64,000 bases of DNA, taken from the NCBI GenBank assembly GCA_020348065.1, contig CP070742.1, positions 624,053 through 688,052 of the forward strand, in the 5' to 3' direction. Under the pieces are notes generated by a model. That model was not told the DNA's origin and searched no databases. It worked only from the letters and a program-made list of their open reading frames with translations. Position 1 is the first letter of the stretch. Every line of letters begins with the position of its first letter. This DNA is from Candidatus Zixiibacteriota bacterium (lineage in GTDB: Bacteria > Zixibacteria > MSB-5A5 > UBA10806). This document shows positions 57,569 through 64,000 of this stretch, in pieces. Made by a program: the position numbers and the translations under genes.

Positions 57569-57608
57569 CTGAAACTTTTATTCAAATTATGCGTTATCCA
57601 CTTAAATA

Positions 57609-58256
57609 ATGAGTTCTCGAAAAAAAGATCCGGGATTGATAGTCGTAATCTCCTCACCCTCCGGGACCGGGAAAACGTCCATTTGCCGCGAGCTATTAGA
57701 AAAACATCATGATTTCACCTTCTCCGTTTCGGCCACTACTCGTCCGCCCAGGAAAAACGAGAAAAATGGCGTTGATTACTATTTTTTAACCGACGAGGAA
57801 TTCAGCCGGCTATTGAAAAAAAATGAGTTTGCCGAATGGGCTGGAGTTTTCGGTTTTCGCTACGGAACTCTTAAAAGCGAAATCGTAAGGGCTTTGAAGG
57901 ACGATAGGGTTTTACTCTGCGATGTCGATGTCCAGGGCGGTATGTCGATCAAGAAGCGATATAAAGACGCGGTCTCGATTTTTATAATTCCTCCCTCTTT
58001 AACCGAACTTAAAAGAAGATTGTTCAAAAGACGGACGGAATCCCCCCGGCAAAAAAAGCTCCGGCTGGATACGGCCTTGAAAGAACTCGAATATTGGAAG
58101 CGTTACGATTATGTTGTTTTAAATGATAATCTTAAAGTGGCGGTAAATGAAGTTGATATGATAATCGCGGCCGGCAGGATGAAATCGGATCGGCTCAATA
58201 GCGGCAGGTATTGGTCCGGAGCCCAGGTTAAATTATTGGGTTTACGGGGAACATAA
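57609..58256 (+). CDS. gmk: guanylate kinase
   Basis: P-loop SSPSGTGKTS and GMP-binding region. Confidence 0.9.
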   Translation: MSSRKKDPGLIVVISSPSGTGKTSICRELLEKHHDFTFSVSATTRPPRKNEKNGVDYYFLTDEEFSRLLKKNEFAEWAGVFGFRYGTLKSEIVRALKDDRVLLCDVDVQGGMSIKKRYKDAVSIFIIPPSLTELKRRLFKRRTESPRQKKLRLDTALKELEYWKRYDYVVLNDNLKVAVNEVDMIIAAGRMKSDRLNSGRYWSGAQVKLLGLRGT

Positions 58257-58300
58257 GAAGAATGTCGGTCGTTTCGCTTTTTGAACAGGAGGACCATTAA

Positions 58301-58576
58301 ATGGAAGAAGTCGATAAGGAACAAATGAAAATCGAAAAAAAATCTGATGAATTCGAAAGACTGAACGATTATGAAAAAGTTATTCTGGCGGCCAAACTTG
58401 CGAGGAAGATCAACAATACGAGAATAGTTGCCGGGGAGCAGCTTGCTCCCGAAGAGATAAACAAATTAGACCGTCGCAAAGTCACAACCACGGCCCTGGA
58501 AGAACTGGACAGCGGTAATGTTCAAATTTCCCGTCAAAGAGAAGAACCGTCCGAAGAAACTTACGATTTAACTTAA
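58301..58576 (+). CDS. rpoZ: DNA-directed RNA polymerase omega subunit
   Basis: Core NDYEKVILAAKLARKINN resembles the RpoZ fold; conserved gmk-rpoZ adjacency. Confidence 0.7.
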   Translation: MEEVDKEQMKIEKKSDEFERLNDYEKVILAAKLARKINNTRIVAGEQLAPEEINKLDRRKVTTTALEELDSGNVQISRQREEPSEETYDLT

Positions 58577-58640
58577 ACTGTTTGTTCTTATTGACGAAAA
58601 GTATATTGATTGGCTCGATTTTTAATAACGGAGTTGCACC

Positions 58641-60866
58641 TTGGCTAAAAGTCTTGTAATTGTCGAATCTCCCACAAAATCCAAGACCCTTCAGAAGTTT
58701 TTGGGAAATGAATATAAGATTATGGCATCAGGAGGTCATGTTAAGGATCTTCCGGTGAAAAAGCTCGGGGTCGATATTGAAAATAGTTTTGAGCCCGAGT
58801 ATGTTACGATTCGCGGTAAGGCCAAGATATTGAAAGACTTAAAAGCGGCGGCCAAATCCAGCTCCAGGGTTTTTCTGGCTCCTGATCCCGATCGTGAGGG
58901 AGAGGCGATCGCTTTTCATATCGCCGAGGAACTGGGAAATTCGAAGGAAAAAATCCTCAGAGCTTCCTTTAATGAGATTACTAAAAACGCGGTTATCGAG
59001 GCGATCGAAAATGCGGGTGAAATAGATATAAACAAGGTCAACGCCCAGCAGGCGAGAAGGATTCTTGATCGGCTGGTGGGCTATCAGATCAGCCCGATTC
59101 TCTGGAAAACGGTGTTGCGAGGTCTCTCGGCCGGACGTGTTCAGTCGGTGGCTTTAAAGATGATTTGTCTCCGCGAGGACGAGATCGAGAGTTTTGTACC
59201 GCGGGAATACTGGACCTTTGAGGCCGATTTCAGCGACAGGAAGGGACAAAGCCTGACATTGAAACTATCGAAAATAGATGATGATAAAGTTGAGATCGGC
59301 TCCAAGAAAGAAGCGGGGATTATTGAAAAAAAGTTAAAGAAAGAGTCCTATACTGTCAAAAGCCACGAAAAATCCAAATTAAGAAAATCGCCTCCTCCTC
59401 CGTTTATTACCAGCAGTCTGCAGCAGGAGAGTTTTAACAAACTCAGGCTTTCCAACAAAGCCACAATGATCCTGGCACAACAGCTTTATGAAGGGATCGA
59501 AATAGGCTCGGAGGGTCAGATAGGATTAATAACATACATGCGAACGGATTCAATCCGGATTTCAAATGAAGCCGCCGCCGCCGCCAAAAAAGCTATCACC
59601 GGTCTTTTTGGAGACAGGTATATTTCATTCCGCCGAAGGCCCGTCTCGAAAACAAAAAAGATCCAGGATGCGCATGAGGCTATTCGGCCGACATCGCCGG
59701 ATCTGTCACCCGACAAAATCAAAAAATACCTTTCCCGGGATCAATATCGTCTATACGACCTTATCTGGCGCAGGTTCATGGCCTCGCAGATGGCGCATGC
59801 CGAATTCGATGTCGACACCGTCGAGGTCGAGGGCGGTAGATTTTTATTTAAAGGATCCAAACAGAAGATGAAATTCGACGGGTTTATGCGTGTCTATAAC
59901 GGAAATGACGATAACGAGAAAAACGGATTTCCGCCTTTGAAAAAAGGGGATGATCTGGAAATGGATCAAATCCGTTCCGAACAGCATTTCACCGAGCCGC
60001 CCCCCAGATACAATGCGGGCAGTCTGGTTAAGGAGTTGGATCAAAAGGGGATAGGCAGACCGTCGACTTACGCCCAGATAATCTCGGTACTATTGGACAG
60101 GAAATATATTTCATCCGATAAGAGGAGATTCCGGCCCTCGGATCTGGGAAGAACCGTAAATAAGATCCTGATTGAGTATTTTACCGATATATTTTCCGAG
60201 GCATTCACGGCCAAAATGGAAGAGGAGTTGGATAAAATCGAAGACGGCTCTTATGACTGGACCAATGTCCTTCAGGATTTTTATAAACCGTTTAAAGCCG
60301 ATCTGGACAAGGCGGAAGCGTCGAAGGAAAGTATTAAGAAATCGGCCATCGAGGAAACCGGGGAGGTTTGCGAAAAATGCGGCAAGCCGATGATTATCAA
60401 GTATGGTAGAAACGGAAAATTCATTGCTTGCTCGGGGTATCCCCAATGTAAAAACACAAAATCTCTTCAGGAAGAGGAAAGGATAAAGATCGACGATAAA
60501 TGCCCGACCTGCGGCGGTCCCATGGAGGTAAGACGCAGCCGTTTCGGCCGATTTATTGCCTGCGCCAATTATCCGGATTGCAAGACCACCAAAAACTTTC
60601 CCACCGGAGTCAAATGCCCTGAAAAAGGCTGCGCCGGGGAACTGGTGGAGAGATCCACAAGGCGCGGAAAGATATTTTTCTCATGCTCCGAATACCCGGC
60701 CTGTGAGCATTCAACCTGGTACCGTCCGGTTGATATTAAATGCGAATCCTGCGGATTTCCCTATATGGTAGAAAAATCGACTAAAGCCAGGGGTGATCAT
60801 CTGGCCTGTCTGAAATGCAGGGCCTACAGGGACATCGAAATTAAAGAGTCCGTCATCAGCGAATAA
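58641..60866 (+). CDS. topA: DNA topoisomerase I with C-terminal C4 zinc-ribbon repeats
   Basis: Toprim N-terminus LVIVESPTKSKT, catalytic Tyr region, three CxxC...CxxC zinc ribbons at the C-terminus. Confidence 0.95.
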   Translation: MAKSLVIVESPTKSKTLQKFLGNEYKIMASGGHVKDLPVKKLGVDIENSFEPEYVTIRGKAKILKDLKAAAKSSSRVFLAPDPDREGEAIAFHIAEELGNSKEKILRASFNEITKNAVIEAIENAGEIDINKVNAQQARRILDRLVGYQISPILWKTVLRGLSAGRVQSVALKMICLREDEIESFVPREYWTFEADFSDRKGQSLTLKLSKIDDDKVEIGSKKEAGIIEKKLKKESYTVKSHEKSKLRKSPPPPFITSSLQQESFNKLRLSNKATMILAQQLYEGIEIGSEGQIGLITYMRTDSIRISNEAAAAAKKAITGLFGDRYISFRRRPVSKTKKIQDAHEAIRPTSPDLSPDKIKKYLSRDQYRLYDLIWRRFMASQMAHAEFDVDTVEVEGGRFLFKGSKQKMKFDGFMRVYNGNDDNEKNGFPPLKKGDDLEMDQIRSEQHFTEPPPRYNAGSLVKELDQKGIGRPSTYAQIISVLLDRKYISSDKRRFRPSDLGRTVNKILIEYFTDIFSEAFTAKMEEELDKIEDGSYDWTNVLQDFYKPFKADLDKAEASKESIKKSAIEETGEVCEKCGKPMIIKYGRNGKFIACSGYPQCKNTKSLQEEERIKIDDKCPTCGGPMEVRRSRFGRFIACANYPDCKTTKNFPTGVKCPEKGCAGELVERSTRRGKIFFSCSEYPACEHSTWYRPVDIKCESCGFPYMVEKSTKARGDHLACLKCRAYRDIEIKESVISE

Positions 60867-60920
60867 ACCTCCGATTCCATCTTGATTTAGGGACAACAAC
60901 CGATTATAATCTAAGAGAAT

Positions 60921-61844
60921 ATGGCAAACTGGGATAAGATTTTATCCGGATTTTCGGGACACCTGGAATGCGCTGAGGGACTATCGAAAAATACTCAGAT
61001 AGCGTATCTTAGCGATTGCAGGGGATTTGTGAAATTTATACTCGGTAAGTACCCGGAATCGTATGACAACATCCAAATCTCGACCGGAGAGGCGAGAGCG
61101 TTTCTGATATTTCTAAAGAGAAACGGTTTGAAGCAGGTATCCATCGGCAGAAAACTCGATTCTCTAAAAAGATTCGGCGATTATCTATTAGAAATCGGAC
61201 GCTGGAAAAACAATCCCTTCCGGGAATTGCCTTATCCGAGGAAAGAACATTACCGAGCCGAGTATTTATCTCCGGAGGAAGCTCAAGGATTATTATCATT
61301 TGAATTTAAAAACGATTTTTCGGGCGCCAGGGATCAAGCCATGCTGGAGCTTTTCTACGGGAGCGGTATCCGTCTTTCTGAACTTGTCGGAATTGACCTG
61401 AAAGACATTCGCTTTGACGAGCGGATTATAAGGATTTTCGGCAAAGGGGGAAAATACCGGATCGTGCCCTTGGGGAAAAAGACGGCTGATATTCTAAAAG
61501 ATTATCTGGATCGACGTAAAACCAGGATCGTCGCGGAAAATCTATCCTCGGAGGCTGGGTCCGCCGTGTTTCTTAATAAGAGGGGAAAGCGGATTACTCC
61601 CAGGAGCGTTGCCAGGATTGTAAAAAACTACTTATTGCGATCCTCGGAACAGCAAAGACTTTCCACGCACAGCCTGCGTCATTCCTTTGCCACCCATCTT
61701 CTTGAAGCCGGCGCTAATCTTCGGGCCGTGCAGCAGATGCTGGGTCATTCCAGCTTAAAAACAACTCAAAAATATGCGCATACAACCACGGGAAGACTTA
61801 TTTCCATCTATAAAAGAGCGCATCCCAGATGGGAGAAGAAATGA
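60921..61844 (+). CDS. xerC: site-specific tyrosine recombinase XerC/XerD
   Basis: R...HxxR...Y catalytic residues ([15 protein letters not shown]); topA-xerC-hslVU synteny argues for chromosome-dimer resolution rather than a phage integrase. Confidence 0.85.
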   Translation: MANWDKILSGFSGHLECAEGLSKNTQIAYLSDCRGFVKFILGKYPESYDNIQISTGEARAFLIFLKRNGLKQVSIGRKLDSLKRFGDYLLEIGRWKNNPFRELPYPRKEHYRAEYLSPEEAQGLLSFEFKNDFSGARDQAMLELFYGSGIRLSELVGIDLKDIRFDERIIRIFGKGGKYRIVPLGKKTADILKDYLDRRKTRIVAENLSSEAGSAVFLNKRGKRITPRSVARIVKNYLLRSSEQQRLSTHSLRHSFATHLLEAGANLRAVQQMLGHSSLKTTQKYAHTTTGRLISIYKRAHPRWEKK

Positions 61845-62380
61845 ATTATAACGATTACAGGAGCACCACGGTTATCGCGGTGGTCGATAAAAAAGGCGCC
61901 GCCATGGGGGGAGACGGTCAGGTGAGCCTTGGCGATACGATTATGAAGGCGAAGGCCTCCAAAATCAGGAGGCTTTATGACGGCAAAGTTCTGGCGGGAT
62001 TCGCCGGCGCGTCGGCGGATGCTTTGACGCTGTTTGAAAAATTCGAGGCCAAGATAGAGGAGTTTTCCGGGAGTCTCCCGCGTGCGGCGGTGGAACTGGC
62101 CAAAGAATGGCGAACCGACAAATACCTCCGCCGCCTGGAAGCGGTATTGGGGGTAATAGACAAGAAGAAAGCCTTGATGATTTCGGGCAACGGCGATGTT
62201 ATCGAGCCGGACGATGGCATAATCGCCATAGGATCGGGAGGACCATACGCGCTGGCTGCGGCCCGAGCGTTGAAATCCGAATCGAAATTGCCTGCTGATG
62301 AAATTGTAAGAAAATCTCTTCTTATAGCGGCTTCCATATGCGTATATACAAACAGCAATATTAATGTGGAGACCTTATGA
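61829..62380 (+). CDS. hslV: ATP-dependent protease subunit HslV with a short N-terminal extension (probable start ATG ~61841 overlapping the xerC stop)
   Basis: [23 protein letters not shown]... aligns with the HslV mature N-terminus; 8 (or 12) residues precede the Thr-Thr pair. Confidence 0.85.
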   Translation: MGEEMNYNDYRSTTVIAVVDKKGAAMGGDGQVSLGDTIMKAKASKIRRLYDGKVLAGFAGASADALTLFEKFEAKIEEFSGSLPRAAVELAKEWRTDKYLRRLEAVLGVIDKKKALMISGNGDVIEPDDGIIAIGSGGPYALAAARALKSESKLPADEIVRKSLLIAASICVYTNSNINVETL

Positions 62381-63750
62381 ACAAAGAAATATTGAAAGAA
62401 CTCGAATCCCTTACTCCAAAACAGATCGTTGCGGAACTTGATAAATATATAATAGGCCAGGACGAGGCCAAGAAAATGGTCGCTATTGCCATGAGAAACC
62501 GCTGGAGGCGACAGATGGTAGAGGGCGAGCTCCGGGAGGAGATCATGCCCAATAATATCATTATGATAGGCCCCACGGGAGTGGGAAAAACCGAGATCGC
62601 GCGGCGGCTGGCCAACCTCGCGAACGCTCCTTTTATAAAGGTGGAAGCTTCGAAGTTTACAGAAATCGGTTACGTGGGGCGTGACGTGGAATCCATGGTA
62701 CGCGATCTGACGGATCTTTCGGTAAGCATGGTGAAGAAGGAAAGGCAGGAGATAATCGCGGGAAAGGCTCGCAAGGTGGCCGAAGAGCGGTTGCTTGATC
62801 TACTTTTGCCATCCTCTGTCAAGAAAAAACTATCGCACCTGCCGGAGAACGATGAATCGTCGGATAAAAGCCTGCTTGCCAGGAAAAAACTCCATAAACA
62901 ATTGCTTGAAGGAAAGCTTGATAAACGCTCTGTCGATATAGACGTAACCTCTCACAGATTCCCCGTTGTTGAAATATTTTCTCCCATGGGTATGGAGGAG
63001 TTGGGAGTCAATATGCAGGATATGTTTTCGGGAATGATGCCATCGAAAACCAAGAAAAGGAGGGTTACAGTTCCTGAAGCTCTCGATGTTCTGGAAGCCG
63101 AAGAGGCCAACAAGCTGATAGATATGGAAGAGGTCATCGGAGAGGCGGTAAAAAGAGTGGAGAATTCCGGAATGATTTTTGTCGATGAGATCGATAAAAT
63201 TGCCGGCGAGAAGTCCAAGACCGGACCGGACGTCTCCCGCGAAGGAGTGCAGAGGGATATCCTGCCCATAGTCGAGGGAACCAACGTAATGACTAAATAC
63301 GGGCTGGTGAAGACAGATCATGTGCTTTTTATCGCGGCGGGAGCGTTCCATATGTCCAAACCAGCCGACCTGATACCCGAGCTGCAGGGTAGATTTCCGA
63401 TCAGGGTGGAATTGAACGCCCTCAAGGATACCGACTTCACCAGAATTCTAACCGAACCTGAAAATGCGTTAATAAAGCAGTACGCCGCTCTTATGAAAAC
63501 CGAGGGAATAGACCTGTTTTTCGAGAAATCGGGAGTCGAGGAGATAGCCAAAATCGCCTTTGAAGTTAACTCGAAAACGGAGAATATAGGGGCCAGACGG
63601 TTGCAGACGGTAATGACCAAGCTTCTGGAGAATATCCTTTATGAGGCTCCGGATTATCCCAAAAAGAAAATAAGGATCACTAAAAAGTTCGTACGTGAAA
63701 TTCTTGACGGGATAGTCAAGGATAAGGATCTGTCGCGATATATTTTGTGA
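62377..63750 (+). CDS. hslU: ATP-dependent protease ATPase subunit HslU
   Basis: Walker [10 protein letters not shown]-domain insertion, sensor motifs; ATGA overlap with hslV. Confidence 0.95.
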   Translation: MNKEILKELESLTPKQIVAELDKYIIGQDEAKKMVAIAMRNRWRRQMVEGELREEIMPNNIIMIGPTGVGKTEIARRLANLANAPFIKVEASKFTEIGYVGRDVESMVRDLTDLSVSMVKKERQEIIAGKARKVAEERLLDLLLPSSVKKKLSHLPENDESSDKSLLARKKLHKQLLEGKLDKRSVDIDVTSHRFPVVEIFSPMGMEELGVNMQDMFSGMMPSKTKKRRVTVPEALDVLEAEEANKLIDMEEVIGEAVKRVENSGMIFVDEIDKIAGEKSKTGPDVSREGVQRDILPIVEGTNVMTKYGLVKTDHVLFIAAGAFHMSKPADLIPELQGRFPIRVELNALKDTDFTRILTEPENALIKQYAALMKTEGIDLFFEKSGVEEIAKIAFEVNSKTENIGARRLQTVMTKLLENILYEAPDYPKKKIRITKKFVREILDGIVKDKDLSRYIL

Positions 63751-63764
63751 TGGTGGTCCATTAA

Positions 63765-64000
63765 TGCGATATTTAGCCGCGCAATTAAGCTATTTTTATA
63801 ACGGGATAATTCCTAAAGAGTTCAAATTAAATACCTTCTCTTATTTTATATTTTCTTTTGTGGTAATTAGCGTTACACTTGTTTCGTTACTCGGAACAAA
63901 TGCATTAATAATATTAATATTAATAATCATCGTGTATGTCGCATTTCGGTACCCGATGTCACTATTCTATTTATTCCTGGCTACCGTACCGATAACACCG
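63765..64000 (+). CDS. 5' part of an integral-membrane protein ORF running off the window end (no stop)
   Basis: ATG ~63765 then 78 stop-free codons encoding very hydrophobic, Ile/Leu-rich segments in AT-rich DNA; absent from the ORF track because no stop lies in the window. Confidence 0.3.

Noticed and set aside
60921-61844. Tyrosine recombinase as evidence of an integrated mobile element
   Set aside because: The conserved topA-xerC-hslV-hslU housekeeping synteny and the absence of flanking phage/transposon genes or a tRNA target indicate the chromosomal dimer-resolution recombinase.

Overview
Predominantly single-strand (+) coding stretch of a roughly 50% GC bacterial chromosome, probably an uncultured diderm. 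A LolCDE-type lipoprotein sorter, a Wza outer-membrane exporter, and a PorX/PorY-type REC-PglZ two-component pair are consistent with an FCB-superphylum-like organism, but this is a guess. Gene order along the window:
- Peptidoglycan recycling and remodelling: truncated GGDEF cyclase, nagZ, anmK, SpoIID/LytB.
- CN-hydrolase, comEA, rsmD, coaD, lysS, lolC/E, lolD.
- A ctsR-less mcsA-mcsB-clpC arginine-kinase/Clp operon, then a solitary rpmA bracketed by hairpin terminators.
- A TCA block: two-subunit class I fumarate hydratase plus sdhCDAB.
- An S41 C-terminal processing protease, a TauE/SafE exporter, an MtnX-like HAD phosphatase::GNAT fusion and a nucleotidyltransferase::phosphohexomutase fusion.
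- A roughly 13 kb polysaccharide locus: wza, wzz, wbpB/D/E-like 2,3-diacetamido-sugar genes, a 2-epimerase, a GT4, a PEP-CTERM-type deacetylase, gmhB, an SDR epimerase, and a 761-aa WecA-like phosphotransferase fused to a WbaP-like module that appears catalytically dead.
- serS, the PorY/PorX-like two-component pair, tsaE-tsaB-rimI, accD, folC, uvrB, and a four-subunit 2-oxoacid:ferredoxin oxidoreductase.
- On the minus strand only rqcH; then yicC-gmk-rpoZ, topA, xerC, hslVU.
The most unusual non-coding structure is a pair of large intergenic clusters of mosaic palindromic repeat units (about 20.69-21.03 kb and 54.30-54.91 kb) in inverted orientation that bracket roughly 33 kb. The second copy carries an extra insert of about 290 bp with a perfect 9-bp hairpin. 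No CRISPR array, rRNA or tRNA was seen. All coordinates follow the supplied ORF track; start codons (ATG/GTG/TTG) were reassigned where overlap or N-terminal homology suggested a downstream start, with about +/-3 nt uncertainty from manual counting.
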